The notes beneath the pieces were generated by a model, which saw only the letters and a list, made by a program, of their open reading frames with translations, did not search any database and was not told the DNA's origin. A program made the translations under genes and the position numbers. A DNA stretch of 62,769 nucleotides, filler included, from Aduncisulcus paluster (taxonomy: Eukaryota): assembly GCA_024181965.1 (NCBI GenBank). It is 6 parts of 6 records of this genome, joined end to end, with 100 filler letters (N's around TTAATTAATTAA, not from the genome) between each part and the next. Parts side by side here need not be neighbours in the genome. Positions count along the whole stretch, not along the records: positions 26,732 to 54,551 come from BQXS01011136.1; positions 54,652 to 58,762 come from BQXS01011137.1; 4 more parts are not named here. The stretch is one strand, 5' to 3'. The first letter of the stretch is position 1, and every line of letters starts with the position of its first letter. This document shows positions 44,398-55,197 of this stretch, piece by piece.

Positions 44398-47300
44398 ATG
44401 GATTATGGACACTGGTTGAATCTATATCAACGTCTTTTAGAAGAGCTTCAAAAAAATCTCCTTGAAAGTGTTTCATTTGCTGATGGAAAGAGAAAAGAAG
44501 TTTTAAAAAGATTACCTTCCATCAATCCATATAAAATAGATTCATATATTATAGAAATACTAATTCATTCATATACATCCAAATATAATGCATATCTCAT
44601 CTCAAATCCGACTCCAATCAATGATTTTACTCAACTATTGATAGACTTCTTTTCCAAGTCGAGAAAGAATTCTGATTCAATTAAAAAAAAAATTAGCGAA
44701 ATTTTAGAACTGTGGCAACTCAAAAACCCTATTTTATATAAAGATTTCCCAACCTTTCTACAATCATATTCTCTCCTCCCTCTACAATGTTCTCTTATTA
44801 ATTCTCTCATTTCAGCATTATCATATTGTTTTATATCCAAATTGAAGCTTCAAAAGATGCCTCAAGATGAGGAATTAATTGTTTCTCCAGAATATGATAT
44901 CGACCCCACTCTTCCAAGCTGGTTTGTAAGAATTATGCCATATTTAACGCATAAAATAGACATATCTAACATTAATAATATTTTTTCTATCATTTTCTCA
45001 GCATGTTTTCCTGATGATTCCTGCGTGAACCTTATTTGGGTCTTCTTCGAGTGTTTTGGCATTGAAATAGCCAATAATGCGTGTCTTTTGATTTCTGAAC
45101 TCACTCAAAATAGATCCGAAAGACATTTTGGGACCCTTTCAAGCTCTAGATCCTCCTCATCTTCCCTCTCCCCCCCAAGTTCCCATCCTCTCTCTTCAAT
45201 GGTACCTTTTCCCTTTAATATTATATACACAAATGAATACATGAAGAGACGAGGTGAGAGAATGAATTTATTTGAATGGATCTTCGTGGAGAAAGAGAGA
45301 AGGAGTAGGGTGGTGTGTGAAAGGAAAGAGAGAGAGGAAAAGAAACGAAAGGAACAAATGGAAAAGGATAAACAAGAACAAAGGGAAAAAGAACGAACTA
45401 AATATGATTGTGCCAGTGATTTTGCTCCTCTGTCTTCCTTTATGAGTAGTCCAAGTTCAGATGACTCTTGTAAATCTAGTACTAGATCTTCGCCCTTTTC
45501 CTCGGGANNNNNNNNNNNNNNNNNNNNGAGGTGAGAGAATGAATTTATTTGAATGGATCTTCGTGGAGAAAGAGAGAAGGAGTAGGGTGGTGTGTGAAAG
45601 GAAAGAGAGAGAGGAAAAGAAACGAAAGGAACAAATGGAAAAGGATAAACAAGAACAAAGGGAAAAAGAACGAACTAAATATGATTGTGCCAGTGATTTT
45701 GCTCCTCTGTCTTCCTTTATGAGTAGTCCAAGTTCAGATGACTCTTGTAAATCTAGTACTAGATCTTCGCCCTTTTCCTCGGGAAAAATTGGAAGAAATT
45801 CCCCAATATTCGGCGATGAGCATTTAAAACAGATGTTTCTGGAAGCCAATAAGACAATGAGAAAAGAAAAGGAGAGGAAACAGAGGCATGCGGAGGAAAA
45901 GAGGAGAAGGAGAAGAGAAGAGAAGAGAGAAGGAAAGAAAGGGAAAAAAGGAGAAAAGAGGAAGAAACGAATACAAAGAAACTCACATCTAGTGTGGCCC
46001 AAGGGAAATCTACGCCAATAGATGAGTCATTCGCTGATATTTCTCATAAAAGTCCTTATAAAACACAATATCAACCCAAAATAGAAGAGAATCCCAAGCA
46101 AAAAGAACACAAGAAAGAAAAGACAGATGATTCCAAGGATATTATGGGTTCCAAATCTGAAGATTTTTATCGAGTCGATGGAGATCTTATTGGTTACGAC
46201 GGAGATCTTGGGCATAATTATGATCAGTTCGATTATTCCATAGCTTATGGTCAAAATAGATCTCAATCGGACTATCCTTCAAAGTATGGCGGAATTGAGA
46301 AGTATGGCGGAATTGAGAAGTATGGCGGAATTGAGAAAAAAGATTCCAGACAAGAAATATCTCACCAATCAATGACTTCAAAATGGGAAGAGGAGGACGC
46401 AGCCTTTGAGAATGAAATGGGGGATTTTCTTGACAGTCAATCCGATTCTAAGCATGACTTCTCCCCTTCTCCTGATAAAAGTAAGCCTCTATCAATCAAA
46501 AGTAAGCCTCTATCAATCAGAATGGATGAGAAGGGTTGTGTGAATATAGATGAAAGAAATACAAGCACCAATGCAACCAAACGACGTCATATCTCTGAAC
46601 CTCTCTCTTCCTCTCCTTCTCCTTCTTCCTTCTCTTCCTTCTCTTCTTCTCCCTCTTCCTCCGTTCGCTATAGAAAGAAGAGGAAGCGGAAGATGCAATC
46701 GGTGAGTGACTTAGTGAGCTCGTATATGGTCGCGAAGGGCGATTATGCACCGAGGAGTGAGAAAAAGAAGAAGTCTCGCGCAAATTCAAACCTTTCATTG
46801 CTCAAAAAGGAGGCAAAAAAAATTGCAAAAGAAGAGAAGAGGAAGAAACGAATCCTAAGAAAACGAGATAAGCAAGAAATTATTACTGAGAAAAGTAACC
46901 CATTCTCTTATACGTTTTACCAACCATCGGAGATTTCTACTAACAAATTCAGCTCTTCTACCATCCATTCTATGNNNNNNNNNNNNNNNNNNNNCACCGA
47001 GGAGTGAGAAAAAGAAGAAGTCTCGCGCAAATTCAAACCTTTCATTGCTCAAAAAGGAGGCAAAAAAAATTGCAAAAGAAGAGAAGAGGAAGAAACGAAT
47101 CCTAAGAAAACGAGATAAGCAAGAAATTATTACTGAGAAAAGTAACCCATTCTCTTATACGTTTTACCAACCATCGGAGATTTCTACTAACAAATTCAGC
47201 TCTTCTACCATCCATTCTATGCTTGATAAACATGACCTCTCACCCCCTACAGGATCACACAAACTGCATAATTCAGAGCACCATGATTCATTTGAGACAC

Positions 47301-47419
47301 CTAGATCACCTTCTGACATGCATGGAGATGAATATAACCCATCTGTTGTCCATGACGCTTATGTTTACGGGAAAGAAGAGGATGAGGACATATCAGATCA
47401 GGGAAGCTCTGTGTTGTGA
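44398..47419 (+). CDS. Hypothetical protein, helical N-terminus plus charged low-complexity C-terminus; split by two gap duplications and one apparent frameshift
   Basis: Four ORF pieces. Removing the 277-nt and 247-nt gap duplications and one AGAAG unit at 45911-45925 gives a single 830-aa frame. KKKISEILELW weakly recalls a CID domain end. Confidence 0.6.
45251..45784. repeat. Assembly artefact: duplicated overlap around 20-N gap
   Basis: 45251-45507 matches 45528-45784. Confidence 0.95.
46282..46335 (+). repeat. Coding minisatellite, 18 nt x3 (KYGGIE)
   Basis: AAGTATGGCGGAATTGAG in three perfect copies. Confidence 0.95.
46748..47221. repeat. Assembly artefact: duplicated overlap around 20-N gap
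   Basis: 46748-46974 matches 46995-47221. Confidence 0.95.
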
Positions 47420-47660
47420 GTCATTTATCTACAGGATTACGATTTAATCATTCTCAATCGACAATATTTATTTATTTCTATTTTATTTTGGGATTATTAT
47501 TGTGTTGAATCCTTAGATTCACGACATGACAATCGAAATATCTCTTGGTTTTGACAAATCAACTAAAAAATCAGAAAAAGACTGATATGAACAAATTATG
47601 AAACAATAGCGAATAAAAAATATTTTGTAAGTATTCTAAATACAACTATGGTTCAAAAAA

Positions 47661-48245
47661 TCACTTTGTCATCATATTTTTCACAACTTCACACCTTACA
47701 AAAGTGCGGAGGCGTTTATCGGCTTTCTTTGACATATATGGGAATTGATTGGGTTTAAAAGATACTTCTGTCACTGTTTTTGGAGTGTCGAACTGATATT
47801 TTCTCCAATAACGCTGAGTTTGGTAGAAATGAGGATCAGACAAACGATCAAACGCACAAGCAGAGCTAGGCAACTGAGAAAGTCTATCTTCCTTCGAAGC
47901 TTTCTTTAAAACCTGTTTTTCAAAACATTTCTTCCCAGAGGGAACCTTTTTAACAACATAATCATCCAAAGTTTTGGGACGAGTTGGCTTAATTTCTCTG
48001 GTTGAAGTAATCCGTAACAAACGAGTATCATATAAAGTTGTATTTGGTCTTGTTCGAACTGTTGAAAATAACTCTCTTTCACAACCTTTGGATCTCTTGG
48101 GAACGGAAACATGTAAAGGTGCTGATTTAGCAAGAGTCTTATACATTGGGGGCTTACAATAAGCTCTATTTGGAACTGTTGAAGATAAATCAATTTTTTG
48201 ATGACCTGATATTGGCATTTTAACAAAAAAGTTGAATTTTTGCAT
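47661..48245 (-). CDS. Small basic hypothetical protein
   Basis: 194-aa ORF between AT-rich spacers. Motifs AFDRLS and SFKP resemble those in microtubule-associated proteins (weak). The start may be the second Met. Confidence 0.65.
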   Translation of the reverse strand: MQKFNFFVKMPISGHQKIDLSSTVPNRAYCKPPMYKTLAKSAPLHVSVPKRSKGCERELFSTVRTRPNTTLYDTRLLRITSTREIKPTRPKTLDDYVVKKVPSGKKCFEKQVLKKASKEDRLSQLPSSACAFDRLSDPHFYQTQRYWRKYQFDTPKTVTEVSFKPNQFPYMSKKADKRLRTFVRCEVVKNMMTK

Positions 48246-48395
48246 TCAAAATTTTCATAAAATTGTTGTCGATGATTTAAAGGAGGGATTGGTTTAAAAT
48301 CTATCTAATTAAAAAATATTTCCAATAAATTTTGTTCAAATCTTTCTAAATCTCCGAGAAACTAAAAAGTATCGTTCAACCCAATAATTCAAATT

Positions 48396-51300
48396 TTATT
48401 CGTATATTGTATCATCATCTGGATTCCATATACGAGGAACTTCTTCTGAGGATGGATGATCACTCCCTTTGAAAGATGAATGGCCATAAGATGACGATTC
48501 GAGGGATTCCGATATAGCCCGAGCTGTAACTCTCTGAGAAACTGCTGGAATTGGCATTGTCTGCCGAAAAACGATACTAGGAGTTCGCACAATGGAGTGA
48601 TGGGAAGATCTCCAACAAGAACCAGTCACATATATCCTCCAAGCAGAAAAACACTTTTTCTTCATCTGATTTTGGTGGAATTGGACAGCTTGAAGCCATT
48701 TCTCATCGGAATGTTTTTGATCAGTGAGTAATTTCACTTTTTTACACCATAGTTTAAATATTTTAGCGCAAATTCTTCGATTGCGAACACTTTCATGTCT
48801 TCTAATGAATCTATTGCACATTCCTCTCATTCGAGCTTCAATTCGAAGTCTTTTAGTGGTTGAATTATGGATATGTAATGAAGAAAATGCAGTTTTGACG
48901 AGATGATGATTATAATGATCTTTGGCTCGATTTTCTAACATTTGAGAGTGGAGGAAGAGACGAATATTCCCAATCCAATGATTAAATGATTGTTTAAGTA
49001 GTCGATTATCAACATATTGGCTGACAACCTCACTATTTTGTGACATTATTGCTATCTTTGTTCTTGATAACCACTTCCATAATTTAAGACAAAATTTGAC
49101 ACCTGCGACACCATCAGCAATGTAAATATCCCTTTCAAACAGACATAATCTCACACGATAACGCCAAAGAGACAGCGATGATTGGATAATACGATGGTTT
49201 TGATATGTTTGGATCCTTAATGTTCGAACCTTATTGCGAAGACTCTGTTTTGCCATCAAAGTAAGACAGATAAAAGCACGCCGTATGAGAGAATTCTGCA
49301 CTTTGACACTCATCACTTTGTACAAATCATGAGAGGTGCGTATCTTCTTAACCCAATGTTCAATGGAATGAGACAGGAGGGGATGGGCAATATTCAGAGA
49401 GAATAAACGTTCACATGTGGTCCGAATAGCATTGAATCGAAGTGTTTTAATCTTTATATATGTAAATAACTGGAACATGAGGGAAATATTACGTTTGGAA
49501 CTAACAATGGTCTCTGCACTTCGTATTTGTCGAATATACTGAGTTTTTTTATGCCAAATATTCAGAATTCTTTGGAACAGTAATCTTTTGCTGTTAATTC
49601 GAAGGAAATAATCTGTTTTGATCTGTTTAAATGTTTTCTTACATATATTTATGGTTGCTTTCTTCGAGAAATATACCAATGAATGTCGTAAATGACGAGA
49701 TTTTCTTGCTTTATCCTTCCAAAATGACAAAGTTTTCCCCAATACAAGACCTGAATGTTTCGAAGAAATTGTATTAATTCTTTGTTTCATTTCAAATCGT
49801 TGAATTGTACCTTGATGCCAGATATGAAGGATTCGTTTCATGGATTTTATGCATCGGATGGCATTATATGTATAAGCAGCTTGATTCTGAGTCGAAATCA
49901 AAGAAGAGAGGCCTTTCCATGCAAGGAAATATCTCCTTCTTATCCCTTGTTGAAGCCTATTCCTTGACTCTATTACCTTCTTTTTCTCAGCTTGACGAAG
50001 AAATGTCTTTTCTCTCCACTTTGAAAGTAAGGAAAACAATCGATTTTGAAAAACTTTTAAAGAACAAGAATTCAATCGAGCCTGGTATTTAGCCGAATGT
50101 TTCCATATATTGACACATTTTGTGAGTAGAATAGAATCATTTTTCTCAGAAATGATCGTATAACCATCTCGGAGTTCACGAAACCATTTCGCTTGCTCTT
50201 TCCATACAAATAGAAGAGCTCGAATCTTATCTTGAATAAATTTTTTCCCCAATTCATCAACACGTTCCCGTTCTCTATGTTTCTTACGGGTAGAAAATAA
50301 CCAGATACTCAACCACTTTTTTTGTAACATCAGACCAGATCTTTTGGTAACATAAGCAACAGAAACGGCAGCATCGGCCATGAATCTCCATGTTCTAAGG
50401 GAATCTCTAAGACGGGTCTTGAGAGTGTCGAGATAGAATTCAGAGGCGATTTTCCACTGTTCACGGTGGAGGACAGAAATAGCCTTCCAAAAACGAAATA
50501 TTCGGAAATCTATTCGTGTTTTTTTGGTTAAACTTCGGAGACCTTGTCTGATTCTTGTTTTTTTGAGCCAAAAACGGAATACATCACAAACAACGAGATC
50601 GTTATGCATAACACAAACCCTGCTCCCAATGTTATGAATCATGGCAACATGCTTATTTTTAGCTTCTATATTGCATTTCCATTGATTTATAATGTTTTGA
50701 AGTAAAATATTTTGATTTTTATACTCAAATTGAAGGAGTTTCAGGCGAAAATGTCGGCATCGTATTGCATTGGATCGTAATCCTTGGAAAACTCTCTCTT
50801 TAATCGCAGAATGAGTCATGTTGAAGGCAAGACGGAGTTTAATTCCTGCGATTATCCTCAATTTTGCACCGTGATGCCAATTTCTGAATACTTGTGCTAT
50901 AGTATTGAATCGTTTAGTTTCATAATATTTTTCTTCTCTAATGCGAAGAATACAATTTCTTATCACGCGGTTATTCCATTTTTTTAAGACAGAACGAAGG
51001 AGAAGATTTTGGGATCGATCATACATTTCATTTGCAATTCTCTTATGTTGCAAAAGACAAGTCCAAGCAAAAAACCATGCTTGTATGCAATTATGCTTCA
51101 TTTTCGCATCTCTGATATCCATGATCTTGTACATAGAACAGGTCACTTGCTGATGATATTCAGCTTGATATCTTTCTTGTATAATCCTTTGTTCCTCAAG
51201 TTTTCTCATTATAACACGATCATATAATGTGTGAAAAACGAGTTTTAGATTTTTTCTTGCTCTATTTTTGCAAAAGTGGGCGAGACAAAATGCTTTGTGA

Positions 51301-51644
51301 GCATCTTTACATTTCGGAATTGGATACGGAAAATAGTTAAAACCAAAAGCATATTTGGATTGTTTTCTAACCTGGTCGTATAGTATTGTTAATTCAACAG
51401 ATGAAAGCGAGATTGAAGATCGAGGTATTAAGGGAGAATATAGTTGAGAGATGTTTTTATCTATGTGTGCAACAAATTTTTCATGCTCTTTTTCATACAA
51501 TTTCGTAGTTCTACAAAACATGTTCGAAGTTCTTCGAGCTGTAAATGGAGGTTCTTTTGAAACTCTGAGTGTTGTCTGAAATACACATCGTGATGGTTGA
51601 AATTTTTCTTGTTTTGAATAAAAAGTTCTTAATAACCTATGCAT
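48396..51644 (-). CDS. SFI1: Sfi1-like centrin-binding repeat protein
   Basis: Basic helical protein with many regularly spaced [LF]xxW[KRH] repeats (VLKKWN, VFRNWH, IINQWK, SLRTWR, YFLAWK, CFSAWR). Confidence 0.8.
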   Translation of the reverse strand: MHRLLRTFYSKQEKFQPSRCVFQTTLRVSKEPPFTARRTSNMFCRTTKLYEKEHEKFVAHIDKNISQLYSPLIPRSSISLSSVELTILYDQVRKQSKYAFGFNYFPYPIPKCKDAHKAFCLAHFCKNRARKNLKLVFHTLYDRVIMRKLEEQRIIQERYQAEYHQQVTCSMYKIMDIRDAKMKHNCIQAWFFAWTCLLQHKRIANEMYDRSQNLLLRSVLKKWNNRVIRNCILRIREEKYYETKRFNTIAQVFRNWHHGAKLRIIAGIKLRLAFNMTHSAIKERVFQGLRSNAIRCRHFRLKLLQFEYKNQNILLQNIINQWKCNIEAKNKHVAMIHNIGSRVCVMHNDLVVCDVFRFWLKKTRIRQGLRSLTKKTRIDFRIFRFWKAISVLHREQWKIASEFYLDTLKTRLRDSLRTWRFMADAAVSVAYVTKRSGLMLQKKWLSIWLFSTRKKHRERERVDELGKKFIQDKIRALLFVWKEQAKWFRELRDGYTIISEKNDSILLTKCVNIWKHSAKYQARLNSCSLKVFQNRLFSLLSKWREKTFLRQAEKKKVIESRNRLQQGIRRRYFLAWKGLSSLISTQNQAAYTYNAIRCIKSMKRILHIWHQGTIQRFEMKQRINTISSKHSGLVLGKTLSFWKDKARKSRHLRHSLVYFSKKATINICKKTFKQIKTDYFLRINSKRLLFQRILNIWHKKTQYIRQIRSAETIVSSKRNISLMFQLFTYIKIKTLRFNAIRTTCERLFSLNIAHPLLSHSIEHWVKKIRTSHDLYKVMSVKVQNSLIRRAFICLTLMAKQSLRNKVRTLRIQTYQNHRIIQSSLSLWRYRVRLCLFERDIYIADGVAGVKFCLKLWKWLSRTKIAIMSQNSEVVSQYVDNRLLKQSFNHWIGNIRLFLHSQMLENRAKDHYNHHLVKTAFSSLHIHNSTTKRLRIEARMRGMCNRFIRRHESVRNRRICAKIFKLWCKKVKLLTDQKHSDEKWLQAVQFHQNQMKKKCFSAWRIYVTGSCWRSSHHSIVRTPSIVFRQTMPIPAVSQRVTARAISESLESSSYGHSSFKGSDHPSSEEVPRIWNPDDDTIYE

Positions 51645-51760
51645 TCTCCATTATTTTGCTTACAGTTTGCAAAAAAACCGATTTCAAAAATCCGGTCACT
51701 CCCCGCTTTCTGAACCCATACTAATAATGATGAAACAGATTGATATGTTTTAAATTCAAA

Positions 51761-51883
51761 ATTACTGAAATATTATTGTTCAGTGGTATCATATCAGATC
51801 TGGGCTTACTAAGCCGGGCTCTAAGCCCGTCGGGCTTCGCGGTCCGTGAAAAGGAGCAAACTGTTCTCACTTTGATTTCTTGG
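51761..51883 (+). ncRNA. Candidate structured ncRNA, or palindromic promoter-motif array
   Basis: Core 51801-51846 is 67% GC in an AT-rich spacer. Several hairpins contain G-U pairs that favour the + strand; Sm-like ATTTCTTGG at the 3' end. No family recognised. Confidence 0.35.
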
Positions 51884-52134
51884 TTATTAATTTATATATT
51901 TAAATTATATTTAATATTTTTATTTTGCAATATGTGATCTGCATGTCTGAGCGAGTGGAATTGTAATGATCTTATTGGATTGTTGGATTCAGAGAGGGGA
52001 AAAAATAAAAAAGGTCTTTAAAACATCATTTTAAATAGTTTTTGTCCTATATTTTGTTTCAAAATCTATCATGCTCATCAAAGCGAAATCTCTGTAATTT
52101 TTTGGCTTTACTTATAATTTAAAAATTAGAAAAT

Positions 52135-53589
52135 ATGGAATCTATTCGTATTTTTACGATTTTGGTGTGTGTTCTTGGATTTTTTTCCTTAGAACTCGTG
52201 GCAACTGCCAATGTGTCTATTGAAGAATGGAGAAAGAGAACTATCTATCAGGTTTTGACTGACAGATTTAATAACCTCAATGGTGGTTGGTGTACTGATC
52301 TTTCTCAATATTGTGGCGGAACTTATGATGGTATTATCAGTAGGATTGATTATCTCCAAGATCTTGGAGTTGATGCCCTTTGGATATCCCCAGTAATTGA
52401 TCAAGCTGAAGATAGTTCTTATGGTTATCATGGATATTGGGCTGGAGATTGGTATGATATCAATTGGCATTTTGGAGGTGATGATGGACTTAAACGCCTC
52501 GTCACCGCTTGTCACAGTGCCGATATTCTTGTGATGGTTGATGTTGTTGCTAACCATTCAGGGAATTGTAATGGTGGGAGATACGATTATAGTTGCGTTT
52601 CCCCATTTTCTGATTCTAGTTCTTATCACAGTGACGATTGTGATATTGAAGATTGGAGTAACCAGTACGAAGTCGAACACTGTAGATTATCTGGTCTTCC
52701 CGATTTGAACCAAGAAAATGAAAGTGTTCAGGATGAATTGTACAACTGGATCAATTGGATTGTTTCTGAATATGATTTTGATGGTGTTCGTATCGACACT
52801 GTTCCTGAAGTTAGAGCTGACTTTTGGGATGGTTATGTTTCTTCTTCTGGCGTATCATTCCTTATTGGTGAGGTTTTCAATGGTGATCCTGCTTATGTTG
52901 GACCTTACCAAGACCATGTTCCCTCTGTCTTCAATTATCCCATGTATTACACCATCAGAGATGTCTATGGTGGCGGAAGCAGTTGTTGGAACATCAATAG
53001 CAGACGTTCTCAAATCTACGAAAACTTTGCTGATCCATCCCTTCTTGGACTCTTTGCAAGCAACCATGATAATCCTCGTTTCCTCCATGATTATGACGAT
53101 CCTCAACGTCTCAGGAACGCCATGGTTTATGTTTTGGCTGGAGAAGGTGTCCCTGTTGTGTACTATGGTGATGAACAAGAATTTGCTGGAGGAAGCGACC
53201 CTTACTGCCGTGAATGTCTGTGGCCCAGTGGTTTTGACACTAGTGGAGATGTGTTTACCACCATTTCCCTCCTCGCTCATGCCAGGCAGAAGAACTATGA
53301 TAATTGGGTTTTAAGTGATTTTGTTGAGAGGTATGTTCTTGACAACCTCTACGTTTTCTCTAGGGGAGATGTCTTATTCGCTACCACCAACGTTGGAGAT
53401 AATTCTGGAACTGAGCATTTTGTCATTGATAATTCTCCATTCACAGCCGGAGAAAGTATCTGTGATGTTTTCTACCCTTCAACTGATTGTTTCGATGTCA
53501 ACTCTGATGGAACAGTCGATATCTGGCTCCTTAATGGTGAGCCCAAGGTATATGTTCGGGAGAGTGATGTTAACAACTTTCTCGGATAA
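52135..53589 (+). CDS. Secreted alpha-amylase, GH13 (Taka-amylase type)
   Basis: Signal peptide; WRKRTIYQVLTDRF, YHGYW, MVDVVANH, LPDL, DGVRIDT (nucleophile), GEVF and NHD. Confidence 0.95.
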   Translation: MESIRIFTILVCVLGFFSLELVATANVSIEEWRKRTIYQVLTDRFNNLNGGWCTDLSQYCGGTYDGIISRIDYLQDLGVDALWISPVIDQAEDSSYGYHGYWAGDWYDINWHFGGDDGLKRLVTACHSADILVMVDVVANHSGNCNGGRYDYSCVSPFSDSSSYHSDDCDIEDWSNQYEVEHCRLSGLPDLNQENESVQDELYNWINWIVSEYDFDGVRIDTVPEVRADFWDGYVSSSGVSFLIGEVFNGDPAYVGPYQDHVPSVFNYPMYYTIRDVYGGGSSCWNINSRRSQIYENFADPSLLGLFASNHDNPRFLHDYDDPQRLRNAMVYVLAGEGVPVVYYGDEQEFAGGSDPYCRECLWPSGFDTSGDVFTTISLLAHARQKNYDNWVLSDFVERYVLDNLYVFSRGDVLFATTNVGDNSGTEHFVIDNSPFTAGESICDVFYPSTDCFDVNSDGTVDIWLLNGEPKVYVRESDVNNFLG

Positions 53590-53979
53590 TTCTTATTATC
53601 ATCGTTGCAACTCGTGCTAGTTTGAAATTCTTATTGACTTCAATGTTTTGTGTCATTATTTTCACTTTTCAAATTTCCTTTGAGTAATTTCTTTCTTCTA
53701 TTTTCCTTTTTTTACTTTTTTTCCTTCTATGTACTTCTACGCTTTCTGAAAAAAAACAAATTGATTCTTCCTTGATCTCTTTGTTTTATCCTCAAATAAA
53801 ATTTTAATTCAAATATATCTTTGAATTAATGACTAATTTATTGAAAAATTTATCATTTTAATACAACAAATGTAGTTTTCTCAAGATGAAAGCTATCAAG
53901 ACTAACGGAGCCGAAAATGTGAGCTAATAAAGAATATCATGGAAAATAATCGAGCAACAAATACGATATTGATCGCTAT

Positions 53980-54120
53980 TTACATAATAGTGCAACAACA
54001 GCATCTACGAGGAGGAGGTCCGGGAGGGATTCCATGAGGACCATGATGGGGACCACCATGGTAGTGTGGTGGTGGTGGGCCATGATGATGTGGTGGTGGA
54101 GGACCGTGGTGAGGAGGCAT
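53980..54120 (-). CDS. 46-aa His/Pro-rich microprotein with Cys cluster and CaaX box
   Basis: MPPHHGPPPPHHHGPPPPHYHGGPHHGPHGIPPGPPPRRCCCCTIM*; below the ORF-track cutoff. Upstream intron 54326-54137 (GTGAGT...CTAAT...AACAG). Confidence 0.8.
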   Translation of the reverse strand: MPPHHGPPPPHHHGPPPPHYHGGPHHGPHGIPPGPPPRRCCCCTIM

Positions 54121-54551
54121 TTGCTAAGGAGAGATTCTGTTCGGAAGAAAAACAGAATTCGATTAGGTATGAATATATATGTGTGTATATCGGGTATATT
54201 CATGGGACAAATTAATTGGTATGCATTATTCACGATATATATTGCTTTTTATTTCAGAGATATAAGCATTTCTGGACAAATTGAATTTGGTGGGACAATA
54301 CCTCTCCCAAGGCGAGGGTTACTCACAATTTCTGCCGCAAAATAAACAAAACAGGATTCACTGATGCATATGAATATCGAGGATAGGAAAAGATATGAAA
54401 CGAGAAAGAGTTGGAAGATGGATTACAAAAAGGAAGAGAACAATTGAGTTTTATTATGAAAAGAGGGATATCAAGGGGATATGCATAAATTCAATTCAAA
54501 GAGGAGAATTAGAATAGCGGAAACAATAGGGAAGGGAAAGTGAAGTAACGT

Positions 54552-54651
54552 NNNNNNNNNNNNNNNNNNNNNNNNNNNNNNNNNNNNNNNNNNNNTTAAT
54601 TAATTAANNNNNNNNNNNNNNNNNNNNNNNNNNNNNNNNNNNNNNNNNNNN
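54552..54651. other. Artificial contig spacer
   Basis: N44-TTAATTAATTAA-N44. Confidence 0.97.
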
Positions 54652-55197
54652 TCACAAACATAGACATTTCCCAAAGCAGCGAGGGATTCACGGAACTTGG
54701 TGACAGCCTCCTTTTCACATCCCTTACCTTCTTCCTCGGGATAGAACCTCAAGTTCTCAAGAAGAATGATTCCACCCTTGGCAACAGCAGAAGTAGCCTC
54801 CTCGGTGGTGATCTCCTTCACAAATGTGACCTCAGTCTTAAGAAGAGCTGTGAGCTCGGCAGCAACAACCTCAAGAGAATACTCGGGGCAACGCTTACCC
54901 TTGGGACGACCAAGATGGCTCATAAGAACAAGACTGTGGGGCTTTTGGCTCATGATATGGTTGATTGTGGGGAGGGTGGCAGTAATACGTTCATTGTTGG
55001 TAATCTTGCCGGCTTTATCAAGGGGAACGTTGTAATCACAACTAAATTGGTGCAATCAAATATGAAATGAGGTAGGAAAAAGAGAACGATCAGAAAGTCG
55101 TCATAAAAGGAATAAAATAACAAGATCAATGGGCTACATACCGCATAACAACACGCTTACCTTCGAAATTAACGTCTTCAACACTGAGTTTGTTCAT
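54652..55197 (-). CDS. PGK: Phosphoglycerate kinase copy 1 (3'-truncated; intron 55141-55042)
   Basis: Spliced MNKLSVEDVNFEGKRVVMR|CDYNVPL...LMSHLGRPKG...LLENLRFYPEEE; 100-nt GTATGT...TTTAG intron. Confidence 0.95.

Noticed and set aside
51838-51860. SRP RNA helix 8 (GGTCC...GGAGCA)
   Set aside because: The loop is not GNRA, the CAGG/AGCAG symmetric loop is incomplete, and there is no helix 6 or long helix 5.
53976-54345. ORF-track ORFs 53976-54233 (-) and 54034-54345 (+)
   Set aside because: They are wrong-frame or antisense readings of the CaaX microprotein and its intron.
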